A stretch of DNA of 64,000 nucleotides from Candidatus Spongiisociaceae bacterium (GCA_965202665.1 OZ241841.1:1248001-1312000); one strand, 5' to 3'; numbered from the stretch's first letter, positions 18,689 through 29,112 are shown. Notes: generated by a model not told the origin, from the letters alone. Translations and numbers: made by a program.

Positions 18689-20236
18689 TCAAGAACCCAA
18701 CCGGCCGGCCGCCTTCACCTGCACCCGGCAACCGCCGCCCGGAATGTAGGTCATCGGCACCTCCGTCACCGACGTCACCCGCACATGGTCCGGGTCGGCC
18801 CCCGCCTGCACGGCCGCCGCCTTCGCCTCGGCGCGGGCCTCGGCCAGGCATTCCTCCCGGCTGGACGAATCGTACTGGTAAACCCGATCCACCGTTCCCG
18901 AGGCTTCGGCGATGGCCGCGCCGAAAGCGTTGGCCACCGGATAATGGTCGGGCCGGACCACCTCGGAAGCCCCGGTCACCCGCTCCGGCACCAGATGGGC
19001 CCCGCCCCCCACCGCCAGCAGGGGCATTGGTTCCCGGCTGGCTTTCATCCGCTCGCAACGGGCGGCCAGCTGCTCGTCCACCCAGCGCAGGGCCCCGGTC
19101 ACCGCCGCCGGGTCGGCGTCGGCGACCAAAGCGGGATCGCCGAAACCGGACAAACGTCCGCCCGCCACCGAAACATCGGACAAGGTCAAAGTGGAGCCGC
19201 CGCACACCAGGGCCTCTTCGGTGACCCGGTAACCCACCGAATCGGGCCCCACCGACACCCCGTCCTCCCCGGGGCGGACGATGGTCCCCCCGCCCAAACC
19301 GATGGAAATCAGGTCGGGCATGCGGAAGTTGGTGCGCACCCCGCCCACATAGACGGCGGTGGCCGACTCCCGGGGGAAGCCGTCCACCAGAATGCCGATG
19401 TCGGTGGAAGTCCCGCCCACGTCCACCACCAAGGCGTCGGTCAGGCCGGCCAAAGAGCAGGCCCCCCGCATGGAGTTGGTGGGACCGGAACCCAAAGACA
19501 GCACCGGCATCTCCAACGCGCGGTCGGCGGTCATCAAAGTTCCGTCGTTTTGGGTGATGTAGGCCATGGCGTCGATGCCGTGTCGGCGCAAAGCGCGGCG
19601 GAACCCGTCCACCACCCTCCGGGCCACCCCCAGCAGGGCGGCGTTGAGCATGGTGGCGTTCTCCCGCTCCAACAGGCCCAGGGTGCCCACCCGGTGGCTT
19701 AGGGAAACCGGAAAATCATCCCCCGCTTCTTCAACCAGGAATGCGGCGGCGCGCAGTTCATGTTCGTAGTTGGCGGGGCTGAAAGCGCAGGACACGGCCG
19801 CCGCGTCCGCGGTCCCGGCCGCCAAGTTGGCGAAGCGGCGCACCGCCGACTCGTCCAGTTCGGCGATCACCCGCCCGTCGTATTCGTAGCCGCCTTCGAT
19901 GATTTCCTCGGCGACGATCACCGCCGACCGCAGGTCGTCCGGCCAGTCGGCCCCGGGGGGGACGGCCAGCGACGACGGGGCCGCCAAGCGCAGAATCGCC
20001 ACTTTCCCCAAGCCCCGGCGCTGGATGATGGCGTTGGCGGAATGGGTGGTGCCCAGCATGGCCTTGCCCACCTCGGACAAATCCGCCTCCCGTCCCACCG
20101 CGGCCATGGCGGCGCTGATCCCGTCCAGCGGATCCTCGGTGGTGGGGGCCTTGTGCGTGGCCCGCACCCGGCCCTCCTCGTCCACCAGCACCGCGTCGGT
20201 GTTGGTCCCCCCTACGTCGATTCCCATTCGCAGCAT
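18689..20236 (-). CDS. hydantoinase A / oxoprolinase family ATP-dependent hydrolase
   Basis: GIDVGGTNTD, LGTTH, LERENATMLNA, SGPTNSMRGA, DVGGTSTD, GLGGG, GPDSVGY, VANAFGAA. Confidence 0.9.
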   Translation of the reverse strand: MLRMGIDVGGTNTDAVLVDEEGRVRATHKAPTTEDPLDGISAAMAAVGREADLSEVGKAMLGTTHSANAIIQRRGLGKVAILRLAAPSSLAVPPGADWPDDLRSAVIVAEEIIEGGYEYDGRVIAELDESAVRRFANLAAGTADAAAVSCAFSPANYEHELRAAAFLVEEAGDDFPVSLSHRVGTLGLLERENATMLNAALLGVARRVVDGFRRALRRHGIDAMAYITQNDGTLMTADRALEMPVLSLGSGPTNSMRGACSLAGLTDALVVDVGGTSTDIGILVDGFPRESATAVYVGGVRTNFRMPDLISIGLGGGTIVRPGEDGVSVGPDSVGYRVTEEALVCGGSTLTLSDVSVAGGRLSGFGDPALVADADPAAVTGALRWVDEQLAARCERMKASREPMPLLAVGGGAHLVPERVTGASEVVRPDHYPVANAFGAAIAEASGTVDRVYQYDSSSREECLAEARAEAKAAAVQAGADPDHVRVTSVTEVPMTYIPGGGCRVQVKAAGRLGS

Positions 20237-21303
20237 TACGCACCAAGCCTTTTGTATTCGAGGTCGTATCCGAACGCCCTTGGTCCTACCAGTTCCAACA
20301 TTCCCTCCCGATGCCATTCCGGGGCGCACGGCATGGCCACCACGTTCACCCGTTGCCCGTAAGTGAGGGTTTCGGTGGTGATGGGGGTGGCGGTTTCGGC
20401 GTCCAGAATGCATATCAGGTCGGGGGAGGTGACCACCGGTTCGCCGTCCCGGAAAGCCACCAGAAACTCGTTCTGTATTCCGACTTTCATTACGCTGTCC
20501 GACCCGTCCCGGGCTTCGATGGTCACCGTCCCTTTGGCGAACCCTTCGGTGGTGCGCCGCTCCACATCGACGATGGTGCCGGAGAAGACGATGCGTCCTT
20601 CGGCGAACTCCAAAAACCGGTCGTAGGCCCCCGCCTCCCCCTGTTGCACCGCCGACAGCCTCCTCCCCAACTCGGTGCAGTAGGAGACCGAGCCGATGAT
20701 GGCGTGTTCGGCTACTTCACCGGCGGTCATGGTGTAGGAGGCCATGGCGTTGGCCAACGTGAGGGACATCACCGCCCCCCGCACCAGAATCTCCCCTAGT
20801 TGGTTGGTGTTGGTTTCAAACACGCACAGGTTGCCTTTTTCGTCGGCCACCGCCATCGGGGAGGCGGAAATGCCCGCCAAGGTGAAGATGGTCATCTCGA
20901 TCTGGGGGAAGGCCCGCCGCATCCCGTCGGCGTCCACCACCGGCAACCCCATCTCCACGGCGGTTGCCAAAGGGAGCAACGTGTTCAACCCGCCCACTTC
21001 GATGGGCATCAAAGCGGCCGGTTCCCGGCCCAGATAGGAGGACAAAGCCTTGACGGAGGTCGTAAACTCGGTGCCGGCCGGTATCTTCTCCAACAGGACG
21101 GTGGGGGCCCCCACCACGGCGGTGGTCATCACCAGCCCGTCGGGGGGCAGTTCGCCGGCTTCTATCACCCTCACCGGCCCGTAACGGCTGATGGCCCCGC
21201 GCAACATCAGCCGGGCCACGTAGGGGTCGCCGCCCCCCCCGGTGCCCAGCAACGTGGCCCCCAAGGCCAGGTCGTCCACTTGATCCAACGTCAGTTCCCT
21301 CAT
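20236..21303 (-). CDS. DUF917 family protein
   Basis: LGTGGGGDPY, GAPTV, EVGGLN, VDADGMRRAFP, QNEFL, PDLI, TETL.YGQRV, VGPRAFGY; TAATG coupling to the hydantoinase gene. Confidence 0.88.
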   Translation of the reverse strand: MRELTLDQVDDLALGATLLGTGGGGDPYVARLMLRGAISRYGPVRVIEAGELPPDGLVMTTAVVGAPTVLLEKIPAGTEFTTSVKALSSYLGREPAALMPIEVGGLNTLLPLATAVEMGLPVVDADGMRRAFPQIEMTIFTLAGISASPMAVADEKGNLCVFETNTNQLGEILVRGAVMSLTLANAMASYTMTAGEVAEHAIIGSVSYCTELGRRLSAVQQGEAGAYDRFLEFAEGRIVFSGTIVDVERRTTEGFAKGTVTIEARDGSDSVMKVGIQNEFLVAFRDGEPVVTSPDLICILDAETATPITTETLTYGQRVNVVAMPCAPEWHREGMLELVGPRAFGYDLEYKRLGA

Positions 21304-22278
21304 CTAGGCCCTCCGGCTTCTCGTCCAGTTGTCGGCGGTCACGGCCAACACAATCGCCCCTCCCTGTATCAGACGCCGGATAATCGGATCTATCTGCAAC
21401 AGGTTAAACCCGTTGATGATCAGGGCGATGAAAAAAGCCCCGAACAGGGTGCGCCAAATGGCGCCCTCCCCCCCGGCGATGGAAGTGCCGCCCACGATCA
21501 CCGCGGTCAGCACCGCGAACACGAAAGTGAAGTCGTCGTGGGGCTGGCCCACCAAAGTGCGGGAAGCGGACAGGGCCCCGGCCAAACCGGTGGCCGCCCC
21601 GGTCAGCGCGAAAGTGAGCAAGGTCACCATGTTCACCCGGATTCCGGCCAGGCGGGCCGCCTCCGGGTTGCCCCCGGCGGCGTAAATGTGGCGGCCGAAA
21701 CGGGTGCGGGACAGCATAATCCAAAACACGGCCACCACCACCGCCGCAATCCAGGTGGCTTTGGTGATGCCGAAAATGCGCCCGCGGGCGATGTTGGAAA
21801 ATTCGATGGCCTCCACCCGCACGATGCTGCGGTTGCTTATCAAAAAAGCCACCCCGTAAAACACGAAAGAGGTGGCCAAAGTGGCGATGAAAGAGTTGAT
21901 GCGCCCCCAGGCCACAATTCCGCCGTTGATGACTCCGAACAGGGAACTGACGGCGATGCCGGCCAGCAAAGCCAACTGCCAGGAGCCGGTGGCGTTCATG
22001 GTGAGGGCGGTGGCGATGCCGGCGTTGATGAAAGAGGCGGACAGGGAAATGTCGAAGTTGCCTCCGATGAGGGTGAGTGTCATGGCGGAACCGGCGATCA
22101 GGAAAAAAGCCTGCTGATCGAGGATGTTGCGCAGGTTGGCGGGGGTGAAAAAGGCGTCGGCGGTGAGAGACAGCAAAATGAAGATGAGAAGGGTCACCCA
22201 GATGATCCCGTAGTCGGCCAGGAGGGCCCATCCCCGGCTGCGGGAGGAAGGGGGGCTTTCCAGCATTTTCACCGTCAT
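21304..22278 (-). CDS. sugar/nucleoside ABC transporter permease (RbsC/CUT2 family)
   Basis: FDISL, SFIATL, RTRFGRHIYAAGGNPEAARLAGI, VIVGGTSIAGGEG. Confidence 0.92.
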   Translation of the reverse strand: MTVKMLESPPSSRSRGWALLADYGIIWVTLLIFILLSLTADAFFTPANLRNILDQQAFFLIAGSAMTLTLIGGNFDISLSASFINAGIATALTMNATGSWQLALLAGIAVSSLFGVINGGIVAWGRINSFIATLATSFVFYGVAFLISNRSIVRVEAIEFSNIARGRIFGITKATWIAAVVVAVFWIMLSRTRFGRHIYAAGGNPEAARLAGIRVNMVTLLTFALTGAATGLAGALSASRTLVGQPHDDFTFVFAVLTAVIVGGTSIAGGEGAIWRTLFGAFFIALIINGFNLLQIDPIIRRLIQGGAIVLAVTADNWTRSRRA

Positions 22279-23795
22279 TGGGCGCCTCCGAAAGCCAGGG
22301 CCATCACCGACGACTCCGTGGCCTCCCCGCCCGGTTCCTCCCCCGCCAACCGGCCGTTGCGCATCACCAGCACCCGGTGGGCCAGCCCCAGCACCTCTTC
22401 TATTTCGGAGGAAACCAGGAGCACCGCCATCCCGTCGGCGGCCAAACCGGCCAGCAGGTCGTAGATGCCCCGCTTGGCCCCCACATCAACCCCCCGGGTC
22501 GGTTCATCGGCTACAAAAAGCCGGGGACGGGACACCAGCCAACGTCCGAACAGGGCCTTCTGCTGGTTGCCGCCCGACAACTGGGCCGTCGCCGACTCGA
22601 TGGTGGCCCCGGTGAGGCGCACGGTGCGGGCCGCCTCCTCGGCGGCCGCCGTTTCCGGGCGGGAACGGATCAACCCCCCCGGGGTTGTGAAGCGGGACAG
22701 GTGGGCCAAAGTCATATTGGCCCGCACCGTCATGCGGGACAGCAACCCCTGCGCGGCGCGGGATTCGGGAACCATCGCCACCCCGGCCCGGATGGCCTGC
22801 CGCGGGGAGGCGGGGGCGTAAGGGCGGCCGTCCAAAGTCATGCGCCCGGCGGTGGCCCGGTCGGCCCCGAAAATGACCCGCGCCAGTTCGGAGCGGCCCG
22901 AACCGACCAGGCCCGCCAAGATGACGATTTCCCCTTCCCTGACTTGGAAAGTGGCTTCGGCGAAAGCCCCCTCCCGGCCCAGGTTCTCCACCTCCAGCAC
23001 CGGCGGGGCCTGCGGCGGGGGGGAGCGGCGGGGCGGGAAAACGGCGTCCAGGCTGCGTCCCACGATCCCTTCGATCAGGCTGTCCCGGGTTTCTTCCGCG
23101 GCCGGGGAGGTGCGCACCACCGCCCCGTCCCGCATAATCGTCACCCGGTCGGCGATGGCCAGCACCTCCTCCAAAAAATGGGAGACGTATACCACGGTGA
23201 CCCCCCCGTCGGCCAAGCGCCGCACCGTTTCCCGCAGGCCCCGGGCTTCGGCCGAGGACAGGCGGGCGGTGGGCTCGTCCATTACGATCAGTTTTGCGTT
23301 GCGGGCCAAAGAACGAAGGATCTCCACCTTCTGCTGGTCGGCCACCGACAGGCGGCTCACCGGCAGGTCGGGATGGACTTCTATTCCGTATTCTTCCGCT
23401 AAGCGGGCGAAGCGGTCCCGGTCCCGCCCGGCGGCGATGAAAGGGCCGCGCCCGCTTTCCATCCCCAAAAAAACGTTGTCTAAAACGGTCCGTTGCGGAA
23501 CCAACGACAACTCCTGGGCCACCATGGTGATGCCCATCTCCAAGGCGCGGCGCGGGGAGCGGAGCTCCGCCGGCCGGCCGTTGACCGACACCGTCCCTTC
23601 GTCGGGGGACAGGGAACCGGCCATGATTTTGCCCAAAGTGCTTTTTCCGGCCCCGTTCTCCCCGACCAGGGCGTGCACCGTCCCGGCCTCCACCGCCGCG
23701 TCCACCGCCCGCAGGGCCACGGCGCCTCCGAAACGTTTGGAGACGCCGCGTACCTCTAGGTGCGGGGGGTTCAAAGCGCCGCTCGGATCATCCAT
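22275..23795 (-). CDS. sugar ABC transporter ATP-binding protein (RbsA-like, tandem NBDs)
   Basis: GENGAGKST, MDEPT, VSH, LSGGNQQK, DEPTRGVDVGAK. Confidence 0.93.
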   Translation of the reverse strand: MDDPSGALNPPHLEVRGVSKRFGGAVALRAVDAAVEAGTVHALVGENGAGKSTLGKIMAGSLSPDEGTVSVNGRPAELRSPRRALEMGITMVAQELSLVPQRTVLDNVFLGMESGRGPFIAAGRDRDRFARLAEEYGIEVHPDLPVSRLSVADQQKVEILRSLARNAKLIVMDEPTARLSSAEARGLRETVRRLADGGVTVVYVSHFLEEVLAIADRVTIMRDGAVVRTSPAAEETRDSLIEGIVGRSLDAVFPPRRSPPPQAPPVLEVENLGREGAFAEATFQVREGEIVILAGLVGSGRSELARVIFGADRATAGRMTLDGRPYAPASPRQAIRAGVAMVPESRAAQGLLSRMTVRANMTLAHLSRFTTPGGLIRSRPETAAAEEAARTVRLTGATIESATAQLSGGNQQKALFGRWLVSRPRLFVADEPTRGVDVGAKRGIYDLLAGLAADGMAVLLVSSEIEEVLGLAHRVLVMRNGRLAGEEPGGEATESSVMALAFGGAQ

Positions 23796-24759
23796 CCCAC
23801 TGGGCGTCGAACTCGTCGGCGTTGTCCTGGGTCATCAGGCCGCGGTTGGGGACGCTCTGCGACGGGTCCACCCCGCCCTGATCCGTCCCGTCCAAAGCGG
23901 CCACCATGGCCTGCATGGCCAACTCGCCTTCCGTGTAGGGGGCTCCGTACAGATTGCCCCACCAACGGCCTTCTTTGACGGCGGTCACCCCGGCCCGGCT
24001 GCCGCCGAAGCCCAGAATGCGCACATCGCCCATACCTTCTTCGTTCAAGGCGATCTCCGCCCCCTGCATGGACTGGTCGGCGCCAACCACCAAGTGAATG
24101 TCGGATTGGGAAACCAGGATGTCCTGCATGGCGGCCAAGCCCACGTCGGGGCCCAGATACTGCCCTTCGGCTTCGGCCACCACGTTGACGGAGGAACCGG
24201 CCACGGTGGCGTCCCAGCCGCCCCGCACCGCCACGTCCAGCGGAATGCCTTTGATGCCGAAGAAATAAACCACGTTGCATGGGTTGAACCCTTCGCAGGC
24301 CATCAGGGTGAGTTCGCCCAGGCGGACGCCCCGCTGATAGGGGGGTTCGAAGACCATGGCCGAAATCCCGTCCACCTGCGGTTCCACCGTGGTGAAGTCC
24401 TCTCCGATCACCTGGTTCAGGCCCACCACTTTGATGCCTTCGCCCACAGCGTCCAAGATGTCGGGAATGTGGGCGGCGCCGCCCAAGGCGGTGATGATGA
24501 TCCCGTCGTAGAGGCCGGTGGCGACCGCGTCTTGGAACTGTTGCACCTGCATGTCGAAGTTGAACTGGGCGTCGAACTCGACCATTTCAATGTTGTTGGC
24601 CGTGGCCACTTCCTCCATGGCGGTGCGGGAGGCGGCCAGCCAGGTGTTGGCCGAAGAAGCCGACAGGTAGGCCACCTGTCGCGGGCTGTCGTCGCCGCCG
24701 CAGGCGATGGCCAACAGCATAAGCGACAGCGCCGCTCCCAGAATCTTGGTGCCTTTCAT
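23788..24759 (-). CDS. sugar ABC transporter substrate-binding lipoprotein (periplasmic binding protein type 1)
   Basis: Lipobox LAIAC; RbsB-like FDAQF..QVQQFQD..DGIII, GFGGS; first gene of the ABC operon. Confidence 0.85.
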   Translation of the reverse strand: MKGTKILGAALSLMLLAIACGGDDSPRQVAYLSASSANTWLAASRTAMEEVATANNIEMVEFDAQFNFDMQVQQFQDAVATGLYDGIIITALGGAAHIPDILDAVGEGIKVVGLNQVIGEDFTTVEPQVDGISAMVFEPPYQRGVRLGELTLMACEGFNPCNVVYFFGIKGIPLDVAVRGGWDATVAGSSVNVVAEAEGQYLGPDVGLAAMQDILVSQSDIHLVVGADQSMQGAEIALNEEGMGDVRILGFGGSRAGVTAVKEGRWWGNLYGAPYTEGELAMQAMVAALDGTDQGGVDPSQSVPNRGLMTQDNADEFDAQWDG

Positions 24760-24795
24760 ACTTTCCTCCTTTATTGTGGTTCAAGGGGTTGCCGT

Positions 24796-24819
24796 AAGTT
24801 GCCAACTTGTTAGCCAACA
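24796..24819. promoter_or_regulatory. putative operator (adjacent inverted repeats) upstream of the catabolic operon
   Basis: AAGTTG-C-CAACTT immediately followed by TGTT-AGCC-AACA, plus a GTTGCC half-site at 24788. Confidence 0.4.
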
Positions 24820-24956
24820 CTTTACCCGTTTCATACCCGCCGCGCCGAAAAAATCCCGTTTCCTGCTTTAGCGCTACAACTCCATTATGTAGGACCCCAC
24901 CCCCAACCAGCGCAATCCCCCCAACCCCTACTCCCCCTCAAACGCGAAGAAACCGG

Positions 24957-26414
24957 TTAACTGGTGATGGACCAGACCGCGCCGGCGCGGGGCGGAACCG
25001 ACACTCGAACCGCCTCCCCCTCCCGGACGGCGGTTCCCGTCCCCCACGCCCGCTCCCAGTCCCCGGCTTCCTCCGCCAGTTCCGTCGTGGCCGGGTGGCG
25101 GCCTGCGTTCACCGCCGCCATCAGCCGTCGCCCTTCGTACTCCCGCTGAAAAATGTAGAAGTCGCCGCCGGACGGGGCGTGCCGTACCTGATAGACGCCC
25201 CGGCGCAGGGCTGGATGCTCCCGGCGCAGGCGGGCCAGGCTGGTGAAAGTTTCCAGCAGCTCCCGGTTCCAGTCCTGTTCTCTGTCCCAGGGGAAGGAGG
25301 CCCGGCACCCCGGGTCTTTGCCTCCGGTTAGGCCGATTTCATCCCCGTAGAAGATGCAGGGGGCCCCGGGGGAGGCGAACATCAGCAGGGCCGCCAGCCG
25401 CACCGCCTCCGCATCCCCGCCCGCCACCGACAGGATGCGGGCCGTGTCGTGCGACCCCAGCAAGTTGAGATGGGCGGCCAAAGTGTGGGGCGGATAGAGG
25501 TCGGCCAACCCTTGCACGGCGGCCGCGTAACCGGCGGCGTCCATCGGCTCCACCCGGTACTGCAGGCCCTCCGCCGCCTGAGGGTCAACGTTTCCGCCGG
25601 TGGCGAAGGACGTCCCGTAGCCGCACAGGAGATAGTTCATCGTCCCGTCGAACCGTTCCCCGGTGGCCGTCCACCAACTGGCGTCCCCCCAGATTTCCCC
25701 CACCAGGTAGGCTTCCGGGTTGCGGGCCCGCATCCGGCGGCGGAACTCCTCCCAGAACCCTTCGGTTTTGATCTCTTCGGGAACGTCCAACCGCCATCCG
25801 TCAATCCCCTGCTCCATCCAGTATTCGCCCACTTGCATCAGGTATTCCCGAACCTCCGGGTTGTCGGTGTTGAATTCGGGCAGGGCGGGCATGCCCCACC
25901 AGGCCCCGTAGCGGGGAGGGCCGTGCCTTTGGTCGTAGGCGTTGAGCGGGAAGCCGTGGATATGGAACCAGTCCAAGTAGGGGCTGTGCTCGCCCTGTTC
26001 CAGCACGTGGTTGAACTGGAAGAAGCCGCGGGCGGCGTGGTTGAACACTCCGTCCAACACCACCCGTATCCCCCGGTCGCGACAGGCTTTCAGCAGATTT
26101 TGGAAAGCCTCGTCTCCGCCCAGCAACGGTCCCACCCGGTAATAGTCGTGGGTGTGGTAGCGGTGGTTGGCCGTGGACTGGAAAATCGGGTTCAGGTAGA
26201 TGGCGTTGCACCCCAGATCCTGGATCCAATCCAGCCGTTCCATCACCCCGATCAGGTCGCCCCCTTTGAAACCGAACAGGGTCGGTTCGGAATCCCACGG
26301 CTCCAAGCGGTGCGGTTGCGCCACCTTCCCCGACCGGGCGAAGCGGTCCGGGAACACCTGGTAGAAAATCGCATCCGCCGCCCAAGAAGGCGGGCGGTCA
26401 AACGGGGTGGTCAT
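24957..26414 (-). CDS. GH13 alpha-amylase family (neopullulanase/cyclomaltodextrinase-like)
   Basis: FYQVFPDRF, GGDL, YLNPIF, DGVFNH, GWRLDV, GEIW, LGSHDT, YGDEIG; catalytic triad intact. Confidence 0.92.
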   Translation of the reverse strand: MTTPFDRPPSWAADAIFYQVFPDRFARSGKVAQPHRLEPWDSEPTLFGFKGGDLIGVMERLDWIQDLGCNAIYLNPIFQSTANHRYHTHDYYRVGPLLGGDEAFQNLLKACRDRGIRVVLDGVFNHAARGFFQFNHVLEQGEHSPYLDWFHIHGFPLNAYDQRHGPPRYGAWWGMPALPEFNTDNPEVREYLMQVGEYWMEQGIDGWRLDVPEEIKTEGFWEEFRRRMRARNPEAYLVGEIWGDASWWTATGERFDGTMNYLLCGYGTSFATGGNVDPQAAEGLQYRVEPMDAAGYAAAVQGLADLYPPHTLAAHLNLLGSHDTARILSVAGGDAEAVRLAALLMFASPGAPCIFYGDEIGLTGGKDPGCRASFPWDREQDWNRELLETFTSLARLRREHPALRRGVYQVRHAPSGGDFYIFQREYEGRRLMAAVNAGRHPATTELAEEAGDWERAWGTGTAVREGEAVRVSVPPRAGAVWSITS

Positions 26415-26660
26415 TTACCTCCTATATGATGAAACAGCCCCGCCTGCCAGACGGGGCCGCCGCCCGGAAAAGTTCCGGGCCCGCCCCCACTATAACGCGA
26501 ACCCCGCCCCGTCCGTTCCAAGCAGGCGTCCAACCAAGAGCGGCGATGCGAACCGGCCGCCCCGCGCAGGTCGGATCGGACGTCGGATTACCCCCCTGGT
26601 AACATACCGGGCGCGAAGTTCCGGCGGCGAACAGCCGTTGCTAGATGAAAGGAAACGCGC

Positions 26661-27506
26661 GTGGACATTTGCGCCCTCCGGAACCGGTTCCGTAAACCGC
26701 GTAACGCCCCCGACCCGGAGGCGGCCGTCGTCATCGACGGCGCCGAGTTCCGGTACGGGAAAGTTCCCGCCCTGCGGGGGGTTTCCGTTTCCATCCCCAA
26801 AGGCGCGGTCGCCGTCGTTCTGGGCTCCAACGGTTCCGGAAAAAGCACTTTGCTGCACGGAATAGCCGGGCTGACGCGGCCCCATTCGGGAACGGTGTCC
26901 GTTGTCGTATCCAGGCGGCGGGCGGCCTACGTGCTCCAAAATACGTCGGTCAACAGGTCGTTGCCTTTGACGTTGGAGGAAGTGGTGCGAATGGGAAGGT
27001 ACTCTGGGATGACGGCGGGCGCCTACCGGGCCGCGGACCGGGCGGCGGTTTCGGAAGCCATGCGCCGCACCGGCGTAACCCATCTGGCGCGCCGGCCGTT
27101 CTCGCATCTGTCAGGAGGGGAAAAGCAACGCGCTCTGCTGGCGCAAGGCTTGTCGGCGCAACCGAAACTGCTACTGCTCGACGAACCGACGACCGGCCTT
27201 GACGTCGCCTCGATAGAACGCATCCACCGGGTGATAGCCGAAGAGAAACGGCAGGGGAACACGACGGTGATGTCCTCGCACAACCTGGACGAAGCCAGGG
27301 AGTCCGACTTTGTCATCCTGCTGGCGGGGGGGAGGGTGGTGGCCGCCGACGCCCCCGGCAAAACGCTAACCGCGGCCAACCTGGCCTCCGCCTACGGGCA
27401 AACTTCCGAACATGTGGACGACCCCTGCCACGAACAGAACCCAGCCCATTTCCACGAACGCTCCATCCACCTGGAAACGGACCCCGCCGCCGTCCATGGG
27501 GATTAA
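26661..27506 (+). CDS. Zn/Mn ABC transporter ATP-binding protein (ZnuC/AztA-like)
   Basis: GSNGSGKST, AYVLQ...LPLT, LSGGEKQR, LLDEPTTGLD, SSH; His-rich C-terminal tail. Start uncertain. Confidence 0.8.
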   Translation: MDICALRNRFRKPRNAPDPEAAVVIDGAEFRYGKVPALRGVSVSIPKGAVAVVLGSNGSGKSTLLHGIAGLTRPHSGTVSVVVSRRRAAYVLQNTSVNRSLPLTLEEVVRMGRYSGMTAGAYRAADRAAVSEAMRRTGVTHLARRPFSHLSGGEKQRALLAQGLSAQPKLLLLDEPTTGLDVASIERIHRVIAEEKRQGNTTVMSSHNLDEARESDFVILLAGGRVVAADAPGKTLTAANLASAYGQTSEHVDDPCHEQNPAHFHERSIHLETDPAAVHGD

Positions 27507-27542
27507 CCGCAACAGGCGGGGACGGCCCTGGTCGTCGAAGGG

Positions 27543-28007
27543 TTATCGGGTTTCTTCTCCGACCGCCGGCGGGTAACGATCCGGGTCCAACTGGTGGAGG
27601 AACGTCGCGCACCGTATCCGTTCCTCGTTTTCCCCGATCCGCTCCGCCATCCGCCCCAAACCCTCCAAGCAGAGCAGGAAACCCCGGTTGTGGCGATCTT
27701 CCCATTTCACCAGCTGCGCCCCCCGCCAACCGGCGGCCCGCAACGCGTCCAATCCCCGATGGTATCCGACCCGGAAACATGCGTAGGCCCCGATCACGGC
27801 CATCACCGAAGAGTCCGCCTCCGACTCCCACCGCTCCCCCAACGCGGCCCACGCTTGCAGGCAATCCGGGTTGGAAATGGTGATTTTGGCCAACCAGTCC
27901 CGACGCCCGCCCGCCTCGCGGAGCAACCGGGCGGTCATCGCGTCCGGAGGCGGCAGAATCACCCGCCCCGGCCCGTCAACGTTGAAATTAACCTCTTGAA
28001 CGGTCAT
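27543..28007 (-). CDS. DUF3151 family protein
   Basis: YACFRVGYHRGLDALRAAGWRG...NRGFL...IGENEERIRC actinobacterial signature. Confidence 0.8.
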   Translation of the reverse strand: MTVQEVNFNVDGPGRVILPPPDAMTARLLREAGGRRDWLAKITISNPDCLQAWAALGERWESEADSSVMAVIGAYACFRVGYHRGLDALRAAGWRGAQLVKWEDRHNRGFLLCLEGLGRMAERIGENEERIRCATFLHQLDPDRYPPAVGEETR

Positions 28008-28071
28008 TTTCGCCAGCCTACCAACCCAAAACCGCCCCATCCTTTGGGACGCCCCGGCCAAGTACGCCTAG

Positions 28072-29112
28072 TCAGGCGGGGACAAGGGTTTCGGTTTGGG
28101 TTTGGTCTGTTTCGGGGGCGGGTTCGGGCGGGGGGTTGACCGAAGCCAGGACTTGGGCTTGGAGTTGCATGGCCACCTCCGGGTTCTCCCGCAGGAAAGC
28201 CTTGGCCTTCTCCCGGCCCTGACCCAACTGATCGCCGTCGAAGGTGTACCAGGCGCCGCTTTTCTTCACGATGCCCTCCGCCACCGCCACATCCAGCAAG
28301 CTCCCCTCCCAAGAAATGCCTTTCCCGAACATGATGTCGAACTCAGCCACCCGAAACGGAGGGGCCACCTTGTTTTTCACCACCCGCGCCCGCACCCGGT
28401 TGCCGATCTGAACGCCGCCGTCCTTGATCGCCTCGATGCGCCGCACGTCAATACGCACGCTGGAATAAAACTTCAACGCCCGCCCACCCGGCGTCACCTC
28501 CGGTGATCCGTACACCACCCCAATCTTCTCCCTAATCTGATTGATAAACACCGCCGTGGTGGACGACCGGTTTATTCCCGCCGTCAACTTCCGCAACGCC
28601 TGCGACATCAACCGAGCCTGCAAACCCACATGGGTGTCGCCCATCTCCCCTTCGATTTCCGCCCGCGGCACCAGCGCGGCCACCGAATCAACCACCACCA
28701 CGTCCAAAGCATTGGAACGCACCAAAATATCGGCAATCTCCAAAGCCTGTTCCCCCGTGTCCGGTTGCGACAGCAGCAGCTCGTCGGTGTCCACCCCCAG
28801 TGCTTGGGCGTACACCGGATCCAACGCGTGTTCGGCGTCCACAAACGCCGCCAACCCCCCATTGCGTTGCGCCTCCGCCACCACATGCAAAGCCAACGTA
28901 GTCTTCCCGCTGGATTCAGGGCCGTACACCTCCACCACCCGCCCCCGGGGCACCCCCCCGATGCCCAAGGCGATATCCAGGGCCAAAGCCCCGGTGGAAA
29001 TGTGCTCAATCTTCAAGTGGGTCCCCTCGCCCAACTTCATGATCGCACCCTTGCCGAACTGCCGCTCAATCTGCGACATCGCCCCATCCAAAGCCTGACT
29101 CTTTTCCTTCAT
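28072..29112 (-). CDS. recA: recombinase A
   Basis: [69 protein letters not shown]; no intein. Confidence 0.98.
   Translation of the reverse strand: MKEKSQALDGAMSQIERQFGKGAIMKLGEGTHLKIEHISTGALALDIALGIGGVPRGRVVEVYGPESSGKTTLALHVVAEAQRNGGLAAFVDAEHALDPVYAQALGVDTDELLLSQPDTGEQALEIADILVRSNALDVVVVDSVAALVPRAEIEGEMGDTHVGLQARLMSQALRKLTAGINRSSTTAVFINQIREKIGVVYGSPEVTPGGRALKFYSSVRIDVRRIEAIKDGGVQIGNRVRARVVKNKVAPPFRVAEFDIMFGKGISWEGSLLDVAVAEGIVKKSGAWYTFDGDQLGQGREKAKAFLRENPEVAMQLQAQVLASVNPPPEPAPETDQTQTETLVPA

Noticed and set aside
16469-24950. Catabolic operon as an island integrated at tRNA-Leu
   Set aside because: It abuts the tRNA 3' end, but there is no integrase, no duplicated tRNA 3' fragment at the far end, and the composition is host-like.
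28072-29112. Strongly G/T-rich coding strand of recA as a special signal
   Set aside because: Similar G/T coding-strand bias occurs in other genes of the window, and it cannot be shown to be exceptional without computation.
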